Part shown: one piece after another, positions 34,940 through 49,166 of the stretch
Layout: each line of letters starts with the position of its first letter
Numbering within the stretch: the stretch's first letter is position 1
NCBI RefSeq assembly: GCF_030144855.1
Contig: NC_082722.1
Span: forward strand, 27,528,001 to 27,592,000
Length of the DNA: 64,000 nucleotides
DNA from: Hypanus sabinus
Taxonomy: Eukaryota
Direction: 5' to 3'
Translations under genes and position numbers: made by a program
Notes under the pieces: generated by a model
The model's database searches: none
Seen by the model: the letters and a program-made list of their open reading frames with translations, nothing else
Told to the model about the DNA's origin: nothing

Positions 34940-35612
34940 ACAAGGATGTTGCCTGGATGGGGGAGCATATCTTCTGAGACCAGGTTGAGTGAACTCGCCA
35001 TTTTCTTCTTGTAGCCACGGCAGATCAGAGCTGACCTGATAGAGGTGTATAAGATAATCAGAGACATTGATCGTGTGGATAGTCAGTTGCTTTCTCCAAG
35101 GGCTGAACTGGATAGAACGAGAGTGCATTGATTTATGGTGCTTGGAAGATGGTACAGACAAGATGTCAGGGTTAGGTCTTTTACACAGAGATTGGTCAGT
35201 GCAAGGAATGAGCTGCGGCGGTGGTGGTGGAGTAGACTTTTTACACAGAGAGTGGAGAGTGCATGGAATGAGTGCCACCGGCGGTGGTGGAGGCGGAAAC
35301 GATAGGGTCTTTTAAGAGACTCCTGAACAGGTACATGGAGCTCGGAAAAGTTGAGGGCCANNNNNNNNNNNNNNNNNNNNNNNNNNNNNNNNNNNNNNNN
35401 NNNNNNNNNNNNNNNNNNNNNNNNNNNNNNNNNNNNNNNNNNNNNNNNNNNNNNNNNNNNNNNNNNNNNNNNNNNNNNNNNNNNNNNNNNNNNNNNNNNN
35501 NNNNNNNNNNNNNNNNNNNNNNNNNNNNNNAGGGTAAGGTCATGTTCTGTATAACTTTGTGGGCCGAAGGGCCTTTATTGTGTTGTAGGTTTTCTATATT
35601 TCTATGTTTCTA
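34940..35612 (+). mobile_element. Short CR1 3' fragment nested antisense in the larger CR1, spanning the gap
   Basis: VYKIIRDIDRV...W..LP..VVEAETIGSFKRLLNRYM* and a ttctatgtttcta tail. Confidence 0.8.
35361..35530. other. Assembly gap (170 N)
   Basis: Run of n characters. Confidence 1.
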
Positions 35613-38600
35613 ATGCCAGAATCTATCGATTCTTCTAAAATCATCGTTAATCCCACCGCAATCCTTCCAGCTATTTCCTTCAAACTCCGAAGGTGCATTC
35701 CATCAGGTCCAGGAGATTTATCCACCCTCAGAACATTAACCTTCCTGAGCACCTGCTCAGTCGTAATTTTCTCTGCATGAACTTCATTTCCCTGACAAAC
35801 TTGATTGTCCAGTATACTGCAAACGTCTTCCACTGTGAAGACCGACGCACAACACGTATTCTCTGCATCCCTCATTACAATATCTCCAGCGTCATTTTTA
35901 TTGGTCCCATATCTACCCTCGACTGCCTTTAACCCTTTATATAATTAAGGAAAACTTTTAGTATAGTATCTTCATTGATATTACTCACCAGCTTTCTTTT
36001 TAGAAATCATCCTTTCCTTTCTAATGATCTTCTTAGTTTCATTCTGCAAGTTTTCAAAAGTTTCCATATCGTCTATCTTTCCACTGGCTCTGGCTTGCTT
36101 GTGTGCCTTACCTTTTGTTTTGACTTTGACTCTGACTTTCCTTGTTAGCCACGGTAATGTCCTTATTACCTTTGAAAATACCTTCTTATTTCCAATATAT
36201 CTGTCTTGCACTTCCCTCATTTTTCGCAACTCCAGCAGTTGCTGCTCTGTTGTCCTTCCTGCAAATGTCCCTATCCAATCAACTTTAACCAGTTCACCTC
36301 TGATGCCTTTGTAATTTCTTTTATTCCACTGAAATACCGACATATTGGATTTTATGTTTCCATCTGAAATTTCAATGTGAATTCGATCATATTGTGCTCA
36401 CTCGTGTTTAAGGATTCCTTAAACTTAAACTCACTTATCTCTTCCAGATCATTGCACAACACCTCATCCAGCACAGCCGATCCCCTATAGATGTTCTAAA
36501 AAGCCATCCCTTGGACATTCTACAAATTTTCTCTCTTCAGATCCAGTGCTGAGCTAGTTTCTGTATCCACTTTCATGTTGAAAACCCCAATCATTATCAT
36601 GACCTTGTGTTTCTCATACGCTTTTCCTATCTCCTGCTGTAATTTGTAATTCACACCCCGGCTGCCGTTTCGAGGCCTGTATACAACTGCCATTGGGGTC
36701 TGCCATTTCTTAACTCAGCCAGTAGAGTCTCTACACCTTCCAATCCTGCGTCATCTCTTTCTAATGATTTAATATGATTTTTTTATACTCAGAGCCACAC
36801 CACACCCTCTGCGAATGAATCTGTCTTTCGGATACACGTCATATCCTTGGACGTTAGTCTCCTAATTGCCGCTATCCTTTAGCCAGGTTTCAGAGATTGC
36901 CATAACATCATATTAGCCAATCTGTAGCTGAATTTCAAGATTGTCCATTTTATTCCTTATGCGCCGCGCATTTAAATGTGACACGTTCAGTCCAGTATTT
37001 GCTACTTTCTGTTTTAATTGCAAGCCGGCTCTGGTGCCCTGTAATTCACGCCATTGGCTGTGATTAAGCCTCATCTCCTCCCTGTTCTTTGTATAATCTT
37101 TGCTGCACGCTTCCTTTGATTTATTTCTGTTTTCCCCTTTCTCAACCCTATCATTCAGGTTCCCATCCCCTTGTCAAATGAGTTTAAACGCCCCCTAACA
37201 GCTCTATTAAATGTGACCACTTGGATATTAGACGCCTTCGGGTTCAGGTGTAACCCGCCGTTTTTGTACAGGCCGTAAATCCCGCAAAAGAGACCCCAAT
37301 GTTCCAGGAATCTGAAGCCCTGCCGCCTACACCAGTTTCTTTGCCACACTTTGATACGCCTGAACATACTATTTTTGCACTCGTTAGCACGTGGGACAGA
37401 CAGCAATACAGAGATTATAGCCCAAGAGGACCTGCTTTCTACCTAACTCCCTGAATTCTCTCTTCACACCTCCTCCCTTTTTTCTATCTTTGTCATTCGT
37501 ACAAACGTGGACCAGGACTTCTGGCTGTTCGCCCTCTCCTTTCAGAATACTCTGCACCCGATCCGAGACACGCCTTACCCTGGCACCTGGAAGGCTACAC
37601 CACATTCATGTACATCTATCAAGCTGACAGAACCCCCTGTCTGTTCCTCTGACTATGGATCCCCTGTGACTACCGCATTCAGCATGTTCCTCTTTCTCTT
37701 CTGTACCACGGAGCCAGGCTCACTGCTACAGGCCCGATCGTCATGGTCGTCTTCTGTCAGGTCATCCCACTGAACCGCTTCCAAAACGAGATAACAATCA
37801 CATAGGGGGATGTCCACAGGAAAGCTCATTATTATCTGAGCTCTGCCCTTCGTTTCCCTGACCGACACCCATTTATCTAACTCCTGATGCCTCATGGTGA
37901 CTAACTCCCTGAAGCTCCATCTCTCTCCTGTTCATTCTCACTAATAAGCCGAAGGTCATCGAGCTGCAGCTCCAGATCCCTGACATGATCTGTCAGGAGC
38001 TACTTCTCGGTGCACTTAGCGCAGATGTGGCCATCTGGGAGACCGTTAAGTTTCCCGGGATTCCCACATCTGACACCCAGAACAAAATACTAACCTTACC
38101 AATATGTTCAAAACATGTAAAAGCATACCTCAAAAATGTAAAGAAAAAGCAAACATGAAGTCCACCTACCCACCTACCTACCTACCTCGCCGAAGCCTGA
38201 ATAAGCCAATGCCTGTTGATTCTACTCTCACTACTGTCCGATCTGCTTAACCATTCTGCAATTTAGTTCGTCGAGCTCAGTTGCCGCCGCTGCTAGGCCC
38301 GCAGAATCAGCCAACTTCCGCGAAGCTCTCCTTTTAAATAACAGACATATCAGTACCGTCTTTAAGCAGGATTTTGTTACCGGAACACTGAAAAGTGGCT
38401 AATGCGCGTTCATTGAAGAAGGCCCGCAAGTACAGGTAGCGAGCCAAATAGCGGTCCCGGGAAAAGATACTGAATAAGGACAGAATCTGACACAATTTGT
38501 AAAGGCAAAGAGTGTAAAAGTGACCGTCAGAATGGGTTTCTCATGGGGAATCTCTCACAAATTTGATTCAGTTGTTTTGAAGATGCTGTGCTGAAAATTG

Positions 38601-39171
38601 CTAAGGCAAGGGCAGTAGACTATATCTTAACTAAATTTCGCGAGGTCCAGTATAACAGTCTAATATAGAATGTTGCGTGACATGGGAGCCAGAGTGAGCT
38701 AGTCAACTGAACACGGGAACACAAAATTGGTTTACTAGAGAATCAGACGGTGATACTAGAGATTTGATACCAAGAGAAAAGGCCTGCAACGAGTGATGTA
38801 TTGAGCAGGTAGGTCCTGGTTACAGTATAGTTTGACACCTCAGAAATATTTAGTTAATAGTATTTTAGGTTTTTAATAAATTTCAGGATGCAGCGGAATT
38901 AGTGATATACCAGACAGTGAAAGTTAACTGAGACGAGGATCTGGGAAAGTGGGCAAAGCAATTGCAGACAGATTTTAATTCGGATATTTGCAAATATTGG
39001 TTCGATGCTTTTCGGTTATTTAAGAGACGGCAGAAATTGCGAAGTAGATTTCCCTGGGCGTTGAAGTAGAACACGGTGAGTGAGAGGTACAGGCAGGTGA
39101 TCTGTAGAATTGTCGACAGACGTGGACAGACTGGTAAAGAAGTTGTTTGTCACCATTGAATCGACAGTTTC

Positions 39172-39955
39172 GAATCAGAATCAGTATCACAATCAGGTTT
39201 ATTATCACCGGCATGTGTCGTGAAATCCGTTAACTTTGCAGCATTAGATCAATACAATACATAATCTAGAGAAAGGGTAATAAATAAATTTATTAGACTT
39301 TGCGCATATTAAGCAGATTTAAAAAGCGTGCAAAATAGAAATAACATATATTTAAATATTGGTAGTATTAACAGGTTTAATGTTCATTTAGGAATTGGAT
39401 GGCAGAGGGGAAGAAGCTTTTCCTGAATTGCATAGTGTGTCTGTTACTCCTACGTGACGGTACCAGTGGGGAAAATGTCATGCTTTGGGTACTGGGGATC
39501 CTTAATAATGGACGCTGTCTTTCTGAGACACTGTTCCTTAAAGATGTCCTGAGTACATTGTAGGCTTGTACCCAATATGAAGCCGTCTGAATTTTCCGAC
39601 ACTCTGCAGCTTCTTTCAGTGCTGTGCAGTAGCCAACTCCTCCCCCCACCATACCAGGCAGTGCCGCAGCCTGTCAGAATGCTCTCCACAGTACACTTAT
39701 AGAAGTTTTTGAGTGTTTCTGTTGACCAGATCTCTTCAAACACGAATGAAGTATAGTCGCTGTCTTGCCTTCTTTATAGCTGCATCGATATGTTGGGGCC
39801 AGATTAAATCCTCAAACAGAACGCCCAGGGACTTGAAACTGATGATTCTCTCCACTTCTGATCCCTCTATGAGGATTGGTGTGTATTCTTTTTCTTACCC
39901 TACCTGAAGTCCACAGGCATCTCTTTCGTCTTACTGACGTTGAGTGCAAGTTGTG
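39172..39955 (-). mobile_element. Rex1/Babar-clade LINE 3' fragment
   Basis: AAIKKARQRLYFIR, NFYKCTVESILTGC..AWYG and FRKSFFPSAIQFLN motifs; (ATTCTG)n tail. Confidence 0.8.
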
Positions 39956-40962
39956 AAAATGAATGCAGGATCTGGGACGTCATGTTCAACTGTACAAATC
40001 GTTGGTGACACTGTGTGTTGTGAATTCGTTTGTGAAAAGTAAGCTGTGCATTTTGATCGCCAACTATAGAAAAGATGTCATGAAGCTTGAGATAGTGCAG
40101 AAAAGACTGACAATTAGGACAGTGTGATTTTAACCGCAGGAAGAGACGGGCGATTCATCCCTAGAGCACAGATGGTTGCGATGTGACCATATATATGTAA
40201 TGTCAGGAAGGGCGCAGGCAGGAGTATGATCACAGTCTTTTACCCAGAATCGGTTAACTGAAAATGAGAACACATCGACTCCAGACGAGGGAGAAAATAT
40301 TAAGAACTAGTCTAGGGCAAGTTTTTCAACAAAAGAGGTATAGTTAATGGAATAGAGTACCAGATGAATCTGTAGAGGTGGGTATGATTCCAATGTGTGA
40401 ACTGCATTTAAATTGTTACATGGGTAGAAAAAGGTTATTGTCGCAAGATCCAAACGCAGCTAAATGCGACCAACTGGGGTTTTCAATGTTCCAATAGTTC
40501 AATACTTCCAGCTTAATATCAGAGAATCCATACAATATACAAACTGAAATTCTTGGCCTTCGCAGACATGGTGAAAACAGAAGAGCACCCCAAACAATCA
40601 ATGACAGCAGACACTTCAGAACCCCAAAGCCTGCTTCCCCCTCCCACGAACAAGCAACAACCCTCCGTTACCCCTACCCCAGCAAAAAACAACAGCAAAG
40701 ACCCCAAGACAGACCATGATCTTCAGTACAGAAAAAAGCTAATCGCCCAGCCAACCAATACAACATTCCCCGTCACTCTCTTTCACTAATAAAGTGACAG
40801 AGAGGTGCCACGCGGCGAGGGAGGGGAGCACAAGCAATCAGTTCGTGGAGTTACGGTGTTGAAGCCTGCCGCGTCGCTCTTTATCGAATGCTCTGACTCG
40901 ATAATCGGTAACAAACTCTCTCCAATCATTGAGAGAAACTGTGTATGCGCACATGTGTAGGC

Positions 40963-40965
<3 letters not shown>

Positions 40966-41035
<70 letters not shown>
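40966..41035. repeat. Compound microsatellite (TG)n(AG)n
   Basis: About 17 TG units followed directly by about 18 AG units. Confidence 0.98.
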
Positions 41036-41039
<4 letters not shown>

Positions 41040-44000
41040 ATAAATAAGCAAAGTGTGGAACAACACATTTGAAATGAATTTCGGTGCGGAAGTACCTACC
41101 TGGAGTTCAGAACTGCAAGGTATATTCTCTGACTAGAAGGAAATGATGGGAATCGCATTCGAGGGTAAAACAACGTATAGATTTTAAAATACACTTTACA
41201 AATATTGGCCAGGTTGTTTTTAATTCTACAGCTCCTTGTTAATTAAAATTTGTGCTGAAAATACGTTTATGTCTTTGAAAGTACTGATAACTAAGAAAAA
41301 AACATGTTTTCCTGTTGTATATGGAAAGCTTTAAATTTAACACATTAAAAATTCACCCGTTTACATCGATTTCGATTTGACAGTCCGAGTGACCACCGGA
41401 GGTTATTGGACTATTTTTCTCAAGAGACGGACCGGACTATTGATATAACCCCATGAATTTTGTAATATTATTCATGTGCATGGTTTTATCACATAAACCC
41501 TACCCCCAGCCGTTACTATCGCTGACATAGTTTGAAGAGTAATGGTTACAAATATCTTGCAAGGACTGCAAATTCCAGAAAACTTTCTGTTATACTGTAA
41601 AAGATTATCAGGAGAGTCAAGGGTGAGAAACCAAGTCAAAGCCTTAGATTTATAACTTTTCATTGGGTTACCGTTCAGTATTCTCTGTTCTGTTTATCAT
41701 CAGCTGTTGATCCTCATGTTCCCTGCATTTCTGAGGGCATCCACTGTGCGGAATGATTTATTTGTTCATTTATCTATTGATTGAGATACAGGGTGAAGTA
41801 GGCACTTACGGTCTTTCGAGCCAAACCGCACCGCAGTTTGCGATGTTAACCTTCGCCTGACGTTGTGATGACGTTTCTCATTTTTCTCTCTGGAATGTAC
41901 ACGTCATAGAATCGAAACACGGACATTACAGAGTAGACTATGAATCATTTAGTTGAGAGATAAAGTCTTAGAAGTCACAAGCTTAATCTATATCCACTCT
42001 ATGCAACCTAAGTGTCGTGTTAAAAAAAAGAGTGCAAATCGCTTCTTTGAGATGCATGACAAATGAACCCACAAAATCTTTCCATGATACCAACAGGCTC
42101 GTTAGTGCATTCCTGTTCTCTGACTTCCTATTAATTGTCATAGAATTTTCCCATAGATCTCAAGCTGAAAGAGGAAATTGAATCGTGGAGTATGGCTTGG
42201 ACGAGGGATTTTCCTCCCGTCCCGATCACGAACGAGGTTTTTAGGTAGCTGTTATTATACCTGCCTTCGAAGATGATACCATTTCCTTGGGCAGCTTGCT
42301 GTATAAATCTACCGTCTTCTATGTGAAAACCATACCATGCACAGCCCCCCTTTAAATATAACCCTTTAGGCTACAGAGGCAAATAATGCCCCAACACTGG
42401 TCAATACACTGCCAAGAGGGTACAAAGGCTACTTAAAATTATTCTCTCCTATATCTTTGTCTTTTCAAGGTGGCTAGGGCCTTGTTGGAGACCGTGATCT
42501 CCAGATGCACTCAAAATGCGTTTTTCTCAATGGTGCAATTGTAGCACGTTTATGTTTTTAATGGATTATGTTCACAAACACTTTATTAATTATTGCGTAT
42601 TTCACAATTGTATTAACATAGATTTCAGAATTATCTTAATATATTTTCTCTATTATATTAACAATATATGAAATAAATTCCAGCCGCCTGGCAAATAAGG
42701 CTATGTGCAGGGGAGCATTTCAATGTTTGTGCGTCCGCACCAATGCAGCGTAGAGCGAAAATGTTGGCGAGTGTTTCCAGAGTACAGACGGGAGGGAGGC
42801 TGATTTCGTAAGAAACCGAGCTGTGTCCACAATGTTCTGCAGTTTTTACGGTCTTGTGCAACCTCCTGCTAACAATATGTTGGCTATTGCCTTTGAGTCG
42901 AAGCTTACATAAAACTTTGATTCACTTTACGTTTGAATCTTACTGTAAAATTACTTCACTTAGTGTTCATTACAGACGAGTATTATTCACTCCGGAAAAA
43001 CCTCTCCATATGTACATTTGCATAAAGAGTTGGTCCAGAGACCGATATAATATTGATGTTGGATTAAAAAAATGAAACATTTCATCATCATGCAGAAAAG
43101 AATACCCCGTGAATAACCGATGTTGTTTCAAACCAACATCTGCATTTTGCATCCACAAAGAGTCATGCAGCAACAAATCACTTTTTCAACAATGTTGACA
43201 AATCCTAAAACTTTTAACAACATGACAACAATGGCCAATAGAAACTCCTTGCCCTATCATCTGCATTTGTGAATTCAGATTTATGAATATAACTCTGTCC
43301 CTTTATTGACGTAGATTTATCACGCCGTGAGTCCCTATCGAGCAAGGCAGTCAAATGATTGCTTCTCAGTCAAATACGTCGGGAGAATTAAATATTGCCC
43401 AACGAGGAACAAATATTCTCTGTTATTATGATTAAGTTAATCAGTGCGATACCATGAAGCTTTGAACGTGAGATCGATTCCCGTATCTACTTGTTTCCCT
43501 GTGGGGTGGACCACAATTCAGTGAATTCTTACAAGATGCTAAGATCACTTATTTGCTGAGTCACAGAGTCAGTCAGCCTCAGAGATACATTAGCTATTTC
43601 AGATAATTCTGTAAATTCTATACAATTTCACTTTGGCTTGATGTGAACAAGAGTCAGAATAAATACAAATCAGGTTCTGTGCTAAGGTTTTCAACAATTT
43701 CAACACAGTGACACAATAATTCAACAATTTTGTGTGAATTAATTATTTTTATAGAATACTGCACCGCTCTTTCGTCAGCTCCCTTTTAACCTCCTTTCAA
43801 TCCAATTCTTCGGGTTCCAAACATTTCCTATATTGCTATCAGCAATTCCTGTCATTCTCTCAATTACCCTGACTGTTCATGAAGCTGTGCCCCCTGCACT
43901 TCACATTCTAGTTACACGTTGACAGCTTTCCTTGGAGAGCATTTGGCCAGCAACTTTGCAAGTAGGATTCCTGACTGTGTGGTGTATAATGTTCTACCTC

Positions 44001-46839
44001 AGTACCTTTCTTATTTTGGTCCTGAACGATTTTGCCACTGTAACTGGACAGCACAATCAAAGCTGTAAGAATACTATAATTTAATCATTTCAGAACTTAT
44101 CCTCGGGTTTTTTCAGACAGTGGTTTTAGTTCTACCTCAGCTGTTTAATACTACTCTAGAAAAGTGTTTCCCAGCCACTTGAGACCAACGCTATCCCCCC
44201 TCCAAGCACGTTTATGCTTGCTAACGCCCAACTAAAGCACCTTCAAACTTGCCAACACCCCTCTTAGGCACAATAAGCATACCGGCGCCCCCATAATGCA
44301 ACAAATGTATACTACTGTATATGCTAACATAAGTAAAATAAATCCTCAGGGTTGGCAGGTTCACTGATTGACTCCAATTCTCGTTTGGTTTTAGTCAAGC
44401 GCTGTAACATTGCTAGATCTGCTTTCCGTACACCTGCAGAGAAAGTTGAGAGGGTGTACTTGGCCTACCAACTATTAAATTGTATATGAGCGTTACCAAA
44501 GTGGTAGGATGGAGTGATTGACTTTGGACTTTTTGAAAGCGTGGCAAGAAAAGTTTGTTCCAATTTCCTCATGCGGAATCCTGCAAAAACATATAATAAC
44601 GGTCGACTCATATTTTGTTAAGATGGATTTAAGGATATATATAAGGACAGTTAATGGGAGATATCGCTATCATTCAAGGAAACGATACCATGGGATCAAT
44701 GCCGCTCCGTCGGCAGTGCAAATTAACTTTGATTTAAGATGGTTAATGAAGCGCAATTTGTGTCTAATAGATCGTCCATTATTCGCCGAAGCATTTTAAC
44801 CGAGATTTAGCCCTCAAATCCTGAAAGAATTTCAGTTCTCTATGAACTCCTGTGACATGTTTCGGATGACTCAGAGGAAGTTACAAGTTTATGCACCTCT
44901 CTGTACTTTATAAAGGTTTTACATTGTAATAAAAGGTAATATTGAACCGGTTATCGTTTAAATCATTATCTTATTTATTTTCTTTGTTCATTTGACTATT
45001 CTGAGCTATCATTTCATATGAATGTAATGGAGACGTGTTTTTGCATCATTATTAGGAAGTTCTGTTTATTTTGTATTACGAGAAAATAAGGATGAAGGGT
45101 TGAAACGACTTTGAGGTTAACGGAAAATAATTAAGTGGTGGATAGGATTATTGAAAATAAACCAGCATTTCATACTTGCTTGCAGAATTGGTCAGCTATT
45201 GTGGCTTTGCCAACCAGAGAAATGACAAACGGCTGTTTGTGTTTTTAATGGATAGGTAAATAAATGAAAAAGGAAGATAAGAGTACAATGATCCTGTCAA
45301 CTAAGTTTAAGATATGACATGGTGGACATTTACTTGAAAGTAGGAATAAAACAATATTTCAAAGTGGAGAATTCGATAAGATTTCAGATGGGAAGTGACC
45401 TGGGTGAGCAAATTAATTGAATGATTCGCGAAGAATCATCTATCCCACCCATCCATCTGATAGACAAGTCTTCAAGAATCACGTGGGTAAAAAGGATCAC
45501 GTGGAGGCGAAGAAAGGAGTTAATGATACAAGCAGATCGGCTACGTACTGCAGAAGAGGTTTGAGTGGACCACCCTTGATTTCAAGAGTGTACTTTTCTA
45601 TTATTTTCCGGAATTTCTCTGGATTGCTGAAATTAGTTCAGGGTACAGGAGCCTGCTTGTGTTATCAAACTGAGGATTTCACAGCTCGTGATCCCTTTAC
45701 TTACCCCCAGCCCTACCTTCCTGAATTCCGCACTGTATCCACCAACCACGGCGACTTGATGAGCAACAATAATGTATTATAACCGGATGTTCACTCTGTT
45801 CTGTCAGATAGACATTTAGCTGAACAGCTGTTAATGTGCCAATATGCTGACTGTTGGTGAGGCAAACGCTGGGTATATTTCAGATTGATTTTGCTCCATT
45901 GAGCCAATAGGCAGTTGTAATGGATGACGTGCTGTGTCTTGGGCACCATATTCTTGGCGAGTTCGCATCCACACACATGAATTCCATGTACCTCTATTTT
46001 CCAACGTCTATGATTTTAGCCAAATGTTAAGATGAGGCTAAAGTTGATTTTACTTAATATGATCATGTGCTGTCCTACTCTGCTTCAATGCAGGTAAGGA
46101 CAGTTAGGAACGGATTGTCTTGCCTGCTGGCTGCACTGAGATTTCTGTTACTACCATGTAATACTGGAGTTCTATTTTACAGCTAATTATGAGCAACAAT
46201 CCGTGAATGAATATGAAAACAAGAGCTTTAATTAAATAAAACAACGCATTGAAATTTTCTTCATACGGCTTTTACTCATCAAAATTCAGGCACTTTAGGT
46301 TGCTTACACTTCATACACAATTTACGTCAACGTTGTTTCAAGATTTCGGTTTGACGATTTATATATTATCGTTTATTTCCTTAGTTAAAAAGAACTTTAA
46401 CAAAATTAATTTAGGAGAGTAGAGGAATTTTTGAAGTAGCAGTTATGGTACAAAATAATTGGCTAACGTATAAGAAAATCGCAGTTTGTGTTATCTGTGT
46501 CTGATTGCTGCATCCCGTTTCGTCTATAGACCTCACAAGTGTTTGTTCATTCAAGTGTTTGTTCCCAACAAAGCTGAAAATGCACATAGACATTGTCGTC
46601 AGTGGACAGCGCATAACTGACAGAATGAACGTTGGCACTTTGTTCAGTCAGGTTAGCTCATTACAGTTTTGTCAGAATTCGGTATTTCCACTAGTTCAGT
46701 TCTCCTCGCTTATATTATATTGTGTTTATTATGGAGCTGATTGGCAAGGACGGCATTCCTAGTTTGTGCTTTTTGGCGTTTCCTCGCGTGCAAATTAAAC
46801 GTCAAATTAAATTCGTAATAGCAAAGAAAATGTAATCAC

Positions 46840-47340
46840 TATAGATTCTGCAGATGTTGAAAATGTTGAAGAACGGAATCAACATACCGAAGGAAATCAT
46901 TATTTAAGGCAACATAGAAGAAGGTAAATAAACTGTCGATTGTTTCTGGCAGAGACGCTTTGTCGGGACTGGAAAAGAGAGGTCAGAACCTAGAATATAA
47001 AGGTGTGGAGGGGGCGGGAGAGGTAGCAGGTGACAGGTGAAACCAGCTGAGTGCGAAGGTATGTGGATGATTGCGGTGGGAATGACGTAAGGAGATGGTA
47101 GCTGACGGGTGGAAAAGGTAAACGGTGTATGAAGGAGTCGGATACGGGAGGACAGTGGACACTGCAAAATGGAAGACGAAGAAGCAATAGGGTGGGGGAG
47201 CCTAATGGGAGATGCCAAGAAGAGAAAAATGAAAGTGAACCAGAATGCAGAATGGAAAAAAAGAGAATGGAATGACGGAGAATTCCTAAATGTTAGAGTA
47301 ATCGACATTTATGCCCTCAGGTTGGGTTCTCCGCAGATGT
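46840..47340 (-). mobile_element. Penelope-like element 3' region
   Basis: Same purine-rich repeat type as 13440-14290 and 56140-56506. Confidence 0.5.
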
Positions 47341-47516
47341 TAAAAACATTATGCTTGTACCAGGATGTTAAGTTGTATGTGGTGATAGGTTACTTTTCAC
47401 TGAAAGGGGATTAGTTATGACGCACGTTATATTTTGCTACTCTGTCAATGGTATGCTCAAGTTTGTAAAATTAACCCTCTTGAATGATGATTATATACAT
47501 AATTATGAACCCTCTA

Positions 47517-47630
47517 GGGTGTTCTGGTTTCCTCCAAAGACTTACAGGCTAGGTGGTCAATTGGCACATGGGTGTGATTGAGCGGCATGAGCTAGTCGTA
47601 CCGCAAGGGCCTGTACCGTGTTATCTCTCT
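47517..47630 (+). mobile_element. SINE fragment (V-SINE/HE1-like central domain)
   Basis: gggtgttctggtttcctcc...aaagac.tacaggctagg resembles the V-domain of vertebrate tRNA-derived SINEs. Confidence 0.5.
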
Positions 47631-47789
47631 AATATAAATCTTTATCACATTCTCGCTAATCACTCTGCTTTACCTAGGAATAGATAATGCGCTCCTCATG
47701 TTGTCGATCTTTGCGAAATGGTTTTCTCTCCCTATGGTTTAGTGAAGCATAGGCAGTGGAGTGCTCAACCAGTGCTTGTTCAGCTTGTC

Positions 47790-49166
47790 CGTGGTGGGAA
47801 AGATGCTGGAGTCAATTATAAAAGAGGAAATTACGACGCATTTGGATAGCAGTAGAAGGATCAGTCCGAGTCAGCATGGATTTATGAAGGGAAAATCATG
47901 CTTGACTAATCTTCTGGAGATTTTTGAGTATGTAACTATGAAAATTGACAAGGGATAGCCAGTGGATGTAGTGTACCTGGTCTTCCAGAAAGCTTTTGAT
48001 GAAGTCCCACATAGGAGAATGTGGGCAAAATTAGGGCACATGGTATTGGGGGCAGAGTACTGACATGGATTGAAAATTGGCTGGCTGACAGGAAACAAAG
48101 AGTTGTGATTAACGGGTCCCTTTAGGAATGGCGGGCTGTCACCAGTGGGGTACCGCAAGGTTCAGTGCTGGGACCACAGCTGTTTACAATATACTTTCAT
48201 GATTTAGATGAAGGGATTAAAAGTAACATTAGCAAATTTGCTGATGACACAAAGCTGGGTGGCAGTGTGAAATGTTAGGAGGATGTTATGAGAATGCAGG
48301 GTGACTTGGACAGGTTGGGTGTGTGGTCAAATATATGGCAGATGCAGGTTAATGCGGATAAATGTGAGGTTATCCTCTTTGGTGGCAAGAACAGGAAGGC
48401 AGATTACTATCTAAATGGAGTCAAGTTAGGAAAAGGGGAAGTACAACGAGATCTAGGTGTTCATGTACATCAGTCAATGAAAGCTAGCATGCAGGTGCAG
48501 CAGGCAGTGAAGAAAGCTAATGGCATGCTGGCTTTTATAACAAGAGGAATTGAGTATAGGAGTAAAGAGGTCCTTCTGCAGCTGTACAGGGCCCTGGTGA
48601 GACCCCACCTGGAGTATTGTGGGCAGTTTCGGTCTCCAAATTTGAGGATGGACATTCTTGCTATTGAGGGAGTGCAACGTAGGTTCACAAGGTTAATCCC
48701 GGAATGGCAGGACTGTCATATGTTGAAAGATTGGAGCGACTGGGCGTGTATACACTGGAATTTAGAAGGATGAGAGGGGATCTGATTGAAACAGATCAGA
48801 TTATTAAGGGATTGGAGACACTGGAGGCAGGAAGCATGTTCCCGCTGATGTGTGAGTCCAGAACTACAGGCCACAGTTTAAGAATAATGTGTAGGCCATT
48901 TAGAACAGAGATGCGGAAAAACTTTTTCACCCAGAGAGCGGTGGATATGTGGAATGCTCTTCCCTAGAAGGCAGGAAGGCCAAGTATCTGGATGCATTCA
49001 AGAGAGAGTTAGATAGAGCTCTTATAGATAGCGGGGTCAAGGCATATGGGGCGAGGGCAGGAACGGGGTACTGATTGTGTATGATCAGCCATGATCACAG
49101 TGAATGACGGTGCTGGCTAGAAGGGCCGAATGGCCTACTCCTGCACCTACAGTCTATTGTCTATTG
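47790..49166 (+). mobile_element. 5'-truncated CR1 LINE, same subfamily as 10300-12087
   Basis: [51 protein letters not shown]; tail gtctattgtctattg; contains stops and frameshifts. Confidence 0.92.

Larger units (their letters stand above)
32518..38335 (-). mobile_element. Near full-length decayed CR1 LINE (ORF1 esterase, APE, RT, 3' UTR) with nested insertions
   Basis: SGNH-like ORF1 (CSLPGARVRRVSDRV...EVLVHVCTND) at 37150-37700, EN/linker at 35600-36900, RT at 34250-34920, C-terminus and 3' tail at 32518-33398. Confidence 0.85.
38340..45540. repeat. Segmental paralog of the upstream region of the VJ-C1 gene, without a gene body
   Basis: Co-linear blocks: 38500-40430 with 9100-10290; 41060-42360 with 12380-15180; 42540-43550 with 28430-29340; 45000-45540 with 29500-29880 plus 32190-32510. 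Confidence 0.8.

Noticed and set aside
35361-35530. Gap as hiding place of the missing gene body
   Set aside because: Both flanks read as adjacent parts of one CR1 3' UTR, suggesting a small gap; cannot be fully excluded without long reads.
44270-44367. Plus-strand TTVYANI ITSM-like motif
   Set aside because: Opposite strand to the family, frame closed shortly upstream, no linked TM exon.
46505-46762. Plus-strand ORF with C1-like spacing (CSFKCLFPTKLKMHI...LFSQVSSL)
   Set aside because: Lacks the invariant Trp and the C-x-V-x-H motif, and has no convincing splice sites.
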